Part shown: positions 1 through 10,427 of the stretch, piece by piece
Layout of the letters: every line of letters begins with the position of its first letter
Position numbering within the stretch: the first letter of the stretch is position 1
Assembly: GCA_017654855.1 (NCBI GenBank)
Contig: CM030337.1
Location: 2,728,001 to 2,792,000 of the forward strand
Source of the DNA: Podospora anserina
Taxonomy: Eukaryota
Reading direction: 5' to 3'
DNA length: 64,000 nt
Program-made: the position numbers and the translations under genes
The notes under the pieces: generated by a model
Seen by the model: the letters and a program-made list of their open reading frames with translations, nothing else
The model's database searches: none
What the model was told of the DNA's origin: nothing

Positions 1-613
1 GTTAGATGAACGACGGTCACCTTACATATCCCTACATGTAACTTCCAATGTAACTCTGACACTGGGTAGAAGAACTTCATGATTTGATGAACTGCATGCA
101 TACCTGATATTTTTTTTGGCCGAAGAGTCTAGATCCTCTCTCTAAGGTAAAATCGATAGAACTGCGCCAAATAAATACCGAGGGCCACACATATGCCAGA
201 ACTGTGCCCTTGCATTGGTCAAAAGAGATGTTTTGGAAAAGGCCAGCCAAGACATTGACATATGGCCTTGGCGAGTCAGGACTCGTTAGATATTCGACCT
301 GTCAATGTTTAGTGGGTGTCCTGTCTGCCTAACCAAGTCGCAAAGTACCTGCCAGAGATCAATGGAAAAGTGTTACATCTGATAACTATCGGCCACAGAC
401 TCACGAAAGTGAAAAGATGGAGTGCCCATGACCAAGATGAAAAGCAGGGCGAACACCCCACACATCTACTAAAGTTTCCGATAGCATACATTGGAATTTT
501 GTTGATAATTCCAAGAGTAAAACGGCAAGAAACTGAGCTTGGCATAAGGTACGAGTAGATCAGGCGGTAATTGAGCATATGCTGGCTGCCCAAGCTGAAC
601 TGCAAGGTTGGAC

Positions 614-3600
614 ATGCAGAATTTCATGACAGACCCGGAACAGTCATTTGTTGGATCCGAGTCTGTCATCCCATCCTCCAGAGTTTTCGATCCCAGTTTT
701 GGCAACTTTCTGTCTGAGCTCGAGACGAAATTTACCCCAGCAGTGGCCTTTCTGCCTCCAGCTTTGATAGTTTGATCTGAGCATCGGCACACATTGTTTC
801 TCCAAGACCACCAACCAACCATTAGAGGAGATGGATGCTTTTTGGGAAAATCTCTCAAATTCCATGACCCTGCAAGACATAGAGTATGTTCTTGAACGTT
901 TTCAAGAGCTCTTCTCTACGAGGCAGCCACACGACTCTCCTAGCATGGCTTATCTCCTGAGCCAGGAGAGTCTCACATGGCAGTTGCACTTTGCCAAAAC
1001 TATGGACAGTGCTTCTCTCCAAAAAGCGCTCGAAACAAGCGACGCTGCTCTCTGCCATTTGCAACTTGATGGGCCCAATGGCCCTGATTCTGACAAGAGC
1101 GCGGTCTATGAGAGTGTCGCCAACAGTCGCTACACTCACTTTCAAGCAACTGGAAGTTTTGACAGCATCAAAGCTGCCATAGACCACTGCATTGTGGCAC
1201 TCAACTTTGAGGAGGCCGGAACTGCACGGTGGAGTGCTCTAGCCGTTGCAAAATTGAGCATTTACCTGATGGATCGGGTTGTGATGCTCCCTACACAGGA
1301 GCACGTTTCCGAAGCCGTGGAATTCTTTCGAAAACACTCTTCTACAGCAAACAAGCTCAGTCCAACCTACCACGCGCAGTTCCTATCTAGATTCAGCGTG
1401 GCTCTGTTTCACAAGTGCATGTTCGCTTCTGACGAGCCTGCCATCATGGAGGAAGCTCTGAAGCTTGGTTATCGGTCCATCGACATCATTCCGCCTGAAG
1501 CTGCAACCATGGAATACACAAATTGTGCCGGGATTCTTCAGCAACGCTTCCAACAAACCCTTCAGTTCAGTGTACTTGAGCACGCTCTTCAGATCTCCCG
1601 GTTGGCTGTGAAACATGAAGCGTCGAAGGACGTTGCGGAGAAGGCTGGGAAGCTGACGGCTCTCGGCAACATGCTGGTAACCAAATGTCAAAGATACATT
1701 GAAACCAAATCTCGGGAAGCGTTGCAAGCCTTAGAGGAGGCAATCCAGCTGGGTCGAGAGGCCGTCCGCACTCTGCAGCCAATAGACCCAAGTTCCAATG
1801 CACTTCTCAGACACGAAAAGTCCCATACGCTCACTTTGATTGCGCCATGGTTCGCCCTCAAATCGAGTGTAACCGGAGATCTTCGGTGTGGCGAGGAAGG
1901 TGTTCGGCTTCTTCAACAGGCCCTGACACTGACCTCGGATGGGCATCCAGCACGTCACCGAATTCTTACCTACTTGGCTCACATCCTCGAAACTCAACAC
2001 CAGATCTTGAAAGGCTGTAAGAATAAACGGCAGGCAATGGAAAAGCTGGACGAAGCCTTGAGATACGGCCGAGAGGCCGCTGAAGCAACACCGGAACTGG
2101 ACCCAGCCCGAGGCGAGCGTTATATGAATGTTGGCAAGATGCTTCTGAGCAAATGGCTCTTGAATGGAGACGACCAACCCGAAGAAGATGAAATGCTCGT
2201 ACTGGAGGCAAGGAAGCACTTTCGCTATGTGGCCAACCTAGCCTCGGCGCCACTTCTGTTGCGTTTGCCTGCGACAATTCAAGGGGCTCGACTACATCTG
2301 GAGAAGGGTGAAGTAACCGAAGCACACCAGCTCTTGCAGACCGGAATCTCCCTCTTGCCGACCCTTCACCCGCAAATTCTCTCTGCCGAAGACCTCAGGG
2401 CTACGTTGTCTCAAGTATCCGGCCTCTCTACATTGGCCGCCTCAGTCACCCTAGAAGCCGACAAAAGCCCCTTCGACGCCTTGATGTTTTTGGAGGCCGG
2501 CCGTTGCATCATTTCCGGGCTCTCCATGAGTCTCAAGACAGACATGATTCAGCTTCAGCAGAGAGACAAGGGGCTTGCTGATAGCTACGAGAATCTGAGA
2601 AAGAGGCTGGCTGCAGTTAGTCGACCTTCCCCCAGCGCATTGACCAGACCGCGACCTGTCGAAACGCAGCAGGAAGAGCTGCTTCAACAACTTTCACAAA
2701 TGGAGGGAGAGATACGAAAGTTGAAGGGGTTTGAAACCTTCCAGTTGCCCCTATCTGAAGAGATGGTCAGAGAGCTGGCTCAAGAGGGGCCTATTGTGGT
2801 TATCAATGTCACATACCGACGAAGCGACGCCATCATCATCACTCCTGATGAGATCAAGTCTGTGCAACTCCAACATCTCAAATATGAAGAACTGGACAAG
2901 AAGGTTGTTGTCTTTGAGAAGCTTGGAAACGGATCAAGACGCAACGTCGTAGTTGCAGATGAGTGCGAAGATGAGCCAGGAGACGAGGGTAGTGAAGCAC
3001 TGTATTGGCTTTGGAATGTCGCAGCACGTCCAATTCTGGATGAGCTGAGGGCTCATCTGGGGGATTCGAAGCGAGTTTGGTGGATTACAAGCGGACTGGC
3101 TGGGAGAGCGCCTCTCCACGCAGCCGGAAGCCATGGCTTCAACTCCACTGAAAACACACTTAGCCATGTCATCTCATCCTACATCTCATCACTCAAAGCT
3201 CTCCGATACGCGAGGCAGGCTGCCACATCTGTCAACGCACAGCCTAAGAGGAGCATGCTTCTGGTGACAATGCAAAAGAACCCTCCGCCGCATTGCAAAC
3301 TGGATACGAGACACGAAGAGAATGTGATTCGAAGCGTTTTTGGACAGGACATGCTACATCTCGAGCATCCAGATCCCGAGCTCGTCCTCAGGGAGATTCC
3401 CACCTGCTCTTTTGTCCACTTTGCCTGTCATGGGGCCTCCTTTAGTTCCGACCCGTCGAGAAGCGGACTTCTTCTGATCAAAGACGGGAAGGCCGCGATG
3501 CTCACCGTGGCTCAACTTGAAGAGGTTGATACAGAGCAGGCGGCGGTAGCCTATCTGTCTGCATGCTCGACAGCGCAGCAAACAGAAGGCAAGCTGGCCG

Positions 3601-3848
3601 ATGAGGCGATCCACCTCGGAAACACATTCCAAGCTTTGGGCTTTCAGCATGTAATTGGGACAATGTGGGGTGCTAATGACAAGGCGGCTGGGGATGTGGC
3701 AAAGAGATTTTATGCCAAACTAACCTCGGCGGGTGATATTGGTGTGGCACGGGCGTTGCATCAGAGCATGTTGGAGTATCGCAGCGCCACCACGGGCGAT
3801 GAGAGACATTTGTTGGCTTGGTGTCCATTCATTCATATCGGGGCCTAG
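614..3848 (+). CDS. Helical-repeat (TPR-like) + CHAT (caspase HetF-associated) protease
   Basis: ORF 831-3848 (1005 aa). CHAT motifs VHFACHG (His codon 3429-3431), YLSACSTA (Cys codon 3564-3566), LADEAIHLG, GFQHVIGTMW and terminal WCPFIHIGA; N-terminal TPR-like repeats (LEEAIQLGREAV, LDEALRYGREAA). Probable extra exon 614-742 joined in frame through intron 743-806 (less certain). Confidence 0.92.
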
Positions 3849-3974
3849 GCCTTACAATCTGGCGTTCCCACAACCATGTCCTTGCCGACAAGACCACTAG
3901 ATAGGTACCTTATATATCTGAGCTATTCCTCCACATACCCTCAAGTCCCGCTCTCGTCATCCCAACGACCCTAC

Positions 3975-4859
3975 TCAAGAATCACTATCATCCTCATCCG
4001 ACGACACATCAGACTCACAAGCCCACCCAAAAACAACTCTCTCCCCATCCACACTCTTCGCCTCAAAAAGCGCCTCAGCCCCCTGCCCCGTACCCTCCGC
4101 CAGCCCAGCCCCAAGGTACACCTCCCTCTCTCCCTCCTCCTCCTCACCCACCCTCCCACCAACCCCCTCAACAACCGCCTTCCACCGATTACTAACCCCC
4201 AACTCCGGCCTCGCACTCCCCCCCCAAAACTCCCTAATCTTCACCTTCCGATAAGCAATAGCATATATCCTCTCCCCCTCATTCATCACCCTAGTCCTCA
4301 CCCCTTTCTTCACTTCCCTCCCCCCCTTGACCTCAACATCCGTCAACCCAAGCAAATCTCCCCCAACAGCCCCAACCGGCATCGCAACCCCCCCCTGAAC
4401 CCCAACCCCCGACCCCCCCTCCTCCCTCTCAACAGTAGCATTCTCAAACGTCCTAAAACCAGTTATGAACTGCGGCGACAACCGCCTCACCCGGCAGTTC
4501 TCCAACCACCGCTGCATCTCCCCCCCGGTCTCGGGACCAAAAACGATGGACTGGAAGAGCTCGTCCGGGTTGTTGAGGGAGTAGATCTTGCCCGTGTCGG
4601 CCAGGATGCGGAGAACGGTCGACTTGCTGTACGACACAGAAAAGGACGCGAACTTGGTGGCGAGGACGTCGAGGAAGGTTTTGGAGCTGGCGTCGAGCTC
4701 GGCGGAGAAGAGCGCGTCGGGTTGGGTCGTGAAGGCGGATTCGGGGACGGGGTGGTAGGGTCGCTTGGCGTCTTGGTGGGGTTGGGTGAGGTGGGGGACG
4801 AAGCTGGCGAGGGAGATTTGGGAGAGGAGGTAGGGGGAGTTTGTGAGCATGAAGGCCAT
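3975..4859 (-). CDS. Fungal gasdermin-like pore-forming protein (RCD-1/HET-Q1 superfamily)
   Basis: Intronless 294 aa. Motif order matches fungal gasdermins: ISLASFVP, YSLNNPDELF, FITGFRTFENA, Gly/Val beta-hairpin region (GVGVQGGVAMPV...VEVKGGREVK), GERIYAIAYRKV, then an acidic tail. Adjacent to a CHAT protease. Confidence 0.8.
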   Translation of the reverse strand: MAFMLTNSPYLLSQISLASFVPHLTQPHQDAKRPYHPVPESAFTTQPDALFSAELDASSKTFLDVLATKFASFSVSYSKSTVLRILADTGKIYSLNNPDELFQSIVFGPETGGEMQRWLENCRVRRLSPQFITGFRTFENATVEREEGGSGVGVQGGVAMPVGAVGGDLLGLTDVEVKGGREVKKGVRTRVMNEGERIYAIAYRKVKIREFWGGSARPELGVSNRWKAVVEGVGGRVGEEEEGEREVYLGAGLAEGTGQGAEALFEAKSVDGERVVFGWACESDVSSDEDDSDS

Positions 4860-5637
4860 GGTGGTTGAACTTGTTGGGGGTTGCGGGGGTGTGTGGGCCG
4901 GCGTGGGCTCTTTGCGCTGATGAAGAAATATCTATGTTTGAATGATGTGAGTAGTGAATGATACTTCTGTTGGGGGACTTTATGGTTTACCAGATTGGTA
5001 ACAATCACAGATCTCCCTTGACAGAGTTCGGGTCTATTGCCAAAAGTCTAGATATCTTGAGACGCTGGAAATAAGCAAGACGGTCGACATGGCTTTAGGC
5101 TTGAATTGAGAGACTTGGGTGGAGTAGTTGGGTTGCATTCAGGCATGAGAAGACCAGTTACACGAGGGCGAGTATTGCTTTGTCCAATTACACAATCAAT
5201 TCAAGATGCTTATTCAATTCTCTCTGCCCAATTCGGGTCGAATGTGGTGCCATACGAGGAGTCCTTAGGCTTACGCGGTCATGACATTGAGAAGCACCGG
5301 AGTCATTAAATTGGGATGCCATTCCCGCTGTCAAAACTTAAATTCTGTCCTCGAAATGAGACAGTGGTATTAGCTTGTCTTGATCCTCGGCTCACAATTC
5401 GTACAGGTAGTCTTGATACAACGCTTCAAGCATCATGCTTTGATCAAGGAGTCGATGTGATGGTTCATACCGTTTCAATACCTTTTCTAAGGTATATTCT
5501 GGAAACAAACCTTCCCCCAATCTATGATACATATTACAGACATATACCACCAAGTCCCATTGTAGTCATGTACTCTATACCCCCTATATACCCACCCATT
5601 TAAACCCTCACATCTATCATCATACAAATGACCCCCT

Positions 5638-7599
5638 TTACCTCCTCTGCTTCAGCAAACAATGCCTCCCCCACTTCCTCCTAAACCCCTCAGGAATAAT
5701 CTCCCAATCAGGCATCCAAACCGCCCTCGCCAAAAACGGTGTGCTCTCCGCATCCAAGAAAGGAAGACACTTGACCTCCTCCCACCGATCCACATTCTTC
5801 GCATAGTCCGGCTCATTCGGCGGAAGCTCCACATCCCCCCTCTCCGGGAACTGCGTGTCCACCATGAAAACACACATCCTCAAGTCGACATACTTGCCCA
5901 TGTCCTCCTCGTTCTTGTTGTTCAACCCGATGGTAGGCAGCCAAGTCCCGCCAAAGAAGCCAAACCCAGTCGTGGCCTCGCTAAACTCTCCAGGAAGCAA
6001 GCCACGGAACTCGGAACGGACAAATTTGGCGTGCATATCCTTGGGGAGGAAGTACGAAGTAGGGAAGCGGTACCAATCCTTGCCAAAGCAGACTGTGTCG
6101 CCCCGTCCGCCGACCTCAAAGAGCGGATCGTAGAGGGACAATGGGGCGTGGTAGGCAGTGTACATGCCACCAATGCGGGCAAGACCGACAATAGCTGACG
6201 CCACGAGCCCAAGGCTGACCACAGCCAGCTTGAGCTTGGCAGGGATCTTTCCCACGAGCGTCCTGGGGCTTGCGTTACCAAAGAAGGTGAGGAAACTGTG
6301 GAAGGCCAGGGCAGCGTTGAGAGCCAGGAAAGGGTATACAGGGTACATGAAGCGCTCTTCCTTATGGGGCTGAAGGGTAAAGATGCCCAGCCACATGTAA
6401 AAGGGCGTCAAAAAGACAAAGGTACGAAGCCCAGACTGGAAAGTCTCTCCTGTTGAGCGCATGAAGAGCTTCTGCAAGAGGAACAGCGGTAGAGAAACCA
6501 GCGCAAGGATGAACCAGATGTTGAAGTTGAGCAGCAGGTTCTTGAAGTAAAAGGTCCAGGGCTCGGTGCCGTAGAGGTCGGGGCCGCCGGTCTCGGAGAA
6601 GATGTTGTACTTGATGATGTTCCAAGAGACAAGTTCAAACCTTCTGTAGAAAAAGGTGTTGATAGAAGCGTCAAGGCCCTATTGGCTAGTTAGCGTTGGC
6701 GTTTGACCCAGGCGGGTCATGAAAACTTACAACTAGAAGAACTCCGGCCATAACACCACGAAAAACGCGAAGCGCAGACTCAAACATACGATCCTGGTCA
6801 CTGACAGCAGCAAAGAAGATCTCCTCCGCAACGAATGGCGCGCAAAGAGCCGCGGCAAACGGCCAGCCAAGAACGCCTCCTACGGCGAACCAGAACATGC
6901 CCATCGCTGTCTTGATCCCACCGCGCCAGTTCATGAAGGCGGCCGCGCCAAGACAGGACATGTACATGGCAAAGCTCGAGGGAAGATAGGCCGTGCTCGC
7001 GTGGAAATTTCCGGGGCTGAAGATGGTGGCTATTATGAAGAAGATTCCAACACGGGGGCTCAGGGCCAGGCAGATGGAGCGCCACATCAAGGTCTGGCAG
7101 AATGCGCACCCCACGGCGAATGCATAGCGGAGGAAGTAGAACTCGGCCACCTTGTTAGAGTGAGGCAATAGGCGGCGAATATTGGCAACAATGGCGTGGA
7201 TAGCAATGTAGAACCAGCTCCTGATGCTGAACTCGGGGGAGTATTCCCAGGTCTGAAGACCGTAGCCATGGCTGAGGTAGTGGGTAGGTTCCCAGTAGTT
7301 GAACGTCTCGTCGCAATCTTGGATCGGGGAGAAGAGAGCTGCTACGGCATTGGCGGCTAGGAAGAAGTAGAAGGCAGAGATGGGTTGGATCGCGAAAGCA
7401 TCTTTGATAGCCCTGGCCGAGAAGCGCATGTCAGCTCAACATTCCCAAGTATGTATTCGCGGGACACCCGGTTGGGATATGACGTGGGTAGCAGAGAAAC
7501 TCACTGTTTCCTGGCGTGTTTTGCTGATGGATGTACGAATTCTCTCTTCTCCTGGCTGGGGGCAGGCTTGGGAGCTGCTGGTTTGGCTTTGGGAGCCAT
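5638..7599 (-). CDS. ALG9: Alpha-1,2-mannosyltransferase Alg9 (GT22)
   Basis: Exons about 7599-7505, 7412-6731, 6678-5638. Motifs IQDCDETFNYWEPTHY, QTWEYSP, QPHKEERFMYP, GKDWYRFPTSYFLP; multiple TM segments. Confidence 0.95.
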
Positions 7600-8168
7600 C
7601 GTGTTGTTTTGGACCCTATTCCGGGGCTGCAGGAGGAAAGTGATTACATTTAGCTGCCACTTTTTGCTGGAGCTGAAGAACACACACAGACGTCAGCTCT
7701 CCAGCGGCTTCGATGTCCCCAAGCCAAGACGTGCTGGCAGTCAATGCCGCTAACCGCCTCAGGTAAGGCGCCATTAAGCGAGCGATCCACTTCCCGAAGA
7801 GAGTCCGTGCGCGTTACTTGCCGGCGTTCTCTGAACTTTTTTGGATCCAGACTTTTTTTGCGTGGCCATCAGAGAACCTTTGCGACTTCATCAAAGGTTT
7901 TGAACAGTCTTTTCTCTGGTCGGAATAGGATATTTGGTTCATCTCTTCTTTTTTTTCTATCTTATCAGATCAGACTCTTTTCACGTCGAAATATCTCCTC
8001 TCTCTGCCATCTCGATATCATCGCCCTCACGACTTTCTTATCGCACCTGAGTCGCCTTATCGAGTATTGATCGATCGGAAAGCCTGTGAAGCTACTTCAC
8101 CAGAACTACAGCACCCTACATACTTCCCACCTCTTTTCACCACATTTTCCATTCAGGGAGTACAAAGC

Positions 8169-10427
8169 ATGGAAGCGTCCTCTATGCAGATCCCCGGCCT
8201 CAATCTTGGCCAGGGGCAAGCTGAGGAGAAGCCAGCCAGTGAGGTGACGCAAAACACTCCTGTCGTTGTAAGTTTTGCTCTTCAGGATTTCACAGTACAA
8301 TTGGCTAATGTTGCTCCGCAGTCGGAAAAGCAGCAGGAGAATCTATCTCCAGTGGTTGAGGCCTCTGCTCGCCCGGATGAGGGCATGGATCTCGATGTCC
8401 AAGAACCGGTCATCACCAACCAAACAGAAACCAGCACAAAAGAGGTGGTGTCTGTTGATGTTCAAATGAAGGCCACAGATCTTGATGTCCCAGGCAGCCC
8501 AGACGTTACTGACGCGCTTGAGGCTGCTCTTGCCGCCGAGAATGATGTCAAAGACATGGTGGCTAAAGCCCAGGAGTCTGTTACTGCTCCAGCGACTGTC
8601 ACTACAACGGAGAGCAATGTCAATGTCAAGGACACAGTCATGGCTACAACACAGGAGACTGATATTACAGAGACCATCAGAAATACGACAAACGAGACTC
8701 CCGTCCAAGATGGAGAGCAAGAGGAGGGCGAGCACCCAGAGTGGGAGATTGACTCTTCACCCTATGAGTCCTCAAGCTCCGATTCTTCAGATGATGACTC
8801 AGATGATGAAGACTATCCAATTCTCGGCGTCGAGGAAACCGCCCGGATGTTGATGGCTCTCGAGCATGATGGTGATGTGAACGGGTCTCGAGGCGTTAGA
8901 GAGCCAATCCGATCCAAAAACGAGAAGCCTGAAGAGGTGATCCCCAAGCCTGATGTTCAAATTCTCCCCGAGGATAAGATTGAGCTTTTGGGTCAGATTC
9001 AGTTCATTGTTGAGACCAATCTTGTCATCCAATCCTGCAAGTCCGCTGCAGAGCAGGTTCTAGACACCGGCACTGTACTGTGCAAGGAAGACCGCACCGT
9101 CATTGGTGCCCTGGCTGATGTGTTAGGCAACGTCAGAGATCCCAAGTATACGGTGGGCTTCGCCAACGAAGAGGAGATCAAAGAGCTTGGGCTGGAAGTT
9201 GGAATGCCCATCTTCTTCTCAACGAGGCATGCCAACTCTGTTTTCACCAAGCCGCTTATGCAAGCGAAGTACACGGATGCGAGCAACGTGCACGATGAAG
9301 AGCTTGCTCCCGAAGAGATGGAGTTCTCCGACGATGAGAAGGAACAAGAGTACAAGCGGAATAATAAGCTGCAGAAGCGAACGAACCGCGAGAAAAAGCT
9401 CGGGATTGAACCAGGAACTGGTCGCGGTGGCGGTCGCGGCGGAAAGTGTGGTGGTCGAGGCGGAGGTTCAGGCTGGGGCGCCCAACATGCTCCTAGCTCC
9501 TCCGTTGCGACAACAGCTACGCTCGATTATGATGACGACGATGGGCCTTACCGTCCATTGGCCAGACCCCCCGGATTTGGTTTACCTCCCAGGCCCCCGA
9601 GTCCGGCTCGCGACCAGCTGAACTTCGATCAGCATGGTGGTTTCGACAATCGAGGCCGTGACGATAACCGTAGTCATGATGGCTTCCGTGATCGAGGAAA
9701 CAGCCGTGGCAGGGGCGGCTTCAGAGGCAATTTCCGCGGTCGCGACAACGAAGGGGGTCCTCGCGGCTTTGGTCATGGGAGACATTCGTCTGTCTCGACT
9801 GATGTCTCCACCGCAACATCCGCAACTCTGCCAGCTTTCTCCGCCAGCGGCAGCCCTTCTCCCTACAGCTTACATGTCCGCCCTCCATTCCCACCCGTTC
9901 CAGCTCCTACCCAAGGCGCCTGGCCCGGCATGCCAGCTATTCCTTTCCCCCCTCCGCCGCACGGCTATTCAGCTGCTCAGCAGGCACCGCGTCCACCCAT
10001 TCCCGGACAGCCGCAGCCTCCTACGGGTGGGTTCACGTTTAACTATCCCGCCTGGCCGCAGGCTCAAACCCAGGCCCAGGGGCAGGGGTACGGTTATGCT
10101 CCAGTGGCTCCATCCCCAACCCCTCCCCAACAGCAGGCTGCGTACACTCAGCCGCCGAACTGGGCCGGCGCAGCCGCGATTCTCCATAATTTGGCGCAGG
10201 GTGCCTACGGGCAGCAGGCTCAGCAACAGGCTCAGCAACAGACTCCGCAGCAGGCTCAACAGCAGGCTCAACAGAGCTATCAAGGTCAGTCTGCTTATCA
10301 TCCCCAGCAGGGCTACCAAGGTCAAGCTGGTCACCAGACCCAGCAGAATGGAGGTCAGCAACAGGCTCAGACGCAAGCTCAGCAGCAAGCTCCGCAACAG
10401 CAACAGAATCAGTACTGGCAGCATTAG
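8169..10427 (+). CDS. NAF1: H/ACA snoRNP assembly factor Naf1
   Basis: Gar1/Naf1 domain (VLDTGTVLCKEDRTVIG...DVLGNVRDPKYTV), TDASNVHDEE..EEMEFSDDEKE motif, RGG boxes, Pro/Gln-rich tail. First ATG at 8169. Confidence 0.9.
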   Translation: MEASSMQIPGLNLGQGQAEEKPASEVTQNTPVVVSFALQDFTVQLANVAPQSEKQQENLSPVVEASARPDEGMDLDVQEPVITNQTETSTKEVVSVDVQMKATDLDVPGSPDVTDALEAALAAENDVKDMVAKAQESVTAPATVTTTESNVNVKDTVMATTQETDITETIRNTTNETPVQDGEQEEGEHPEWEIDSSPYESSSSDSSDDDSDDEDYPILGVEETARMLMALEHDGDVNGSRGVREPIRSKNEKPEEVIPKPDVQILPEDKIELLGQIQFIVETNLVIQSCKSAAEQVLDTGTVLCKEDRTVIGALADVLGNVRDPKYTVGFANEEEIKELGLEVGMPIFFSTRHANSVFTKPLMQAKYTDASNVHDEELAPEEMEFSDDEKEQEYKRNNKLQKRTNREKKLGIEPGTGRGGGRGGKCGGRGGGSGWGAQHAPSSSVATTATLDYDDDDGPYRPLARPPGFGLPPRPPSPARDQLNFDQHGGFDNRGRDDNRSHDGFRDRGNSRGRGGFRGNFRGRDNEGGPRGFGHGRHSSVSTDVSTATSATLPAFSASGSPSPYSLHVRPPFPPVPAPTQGAWPGMPAIPFPPPPHGYSAAQQAPRPPIPGQPQPPTGGFTFNYPAWPQAQTQAQGQGYGYAPVAPSPTPPQQQAAYTQPPNWAGAAAILHNLAQGAYGQQAQQQAQQQTPQQAQQQAQQSYQGQSAYHPQQGYQGQAGHQTQQNGGQQQAQTQAQQQAPQQQQNQYWQH

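Noticed and set aside
3876..4868. 330-aa plus-strand ORF
   Set aside because: Antisense shadow of the gasdermin-like gene; Pro/Leu then Gly/Val composition reflects strand skew.
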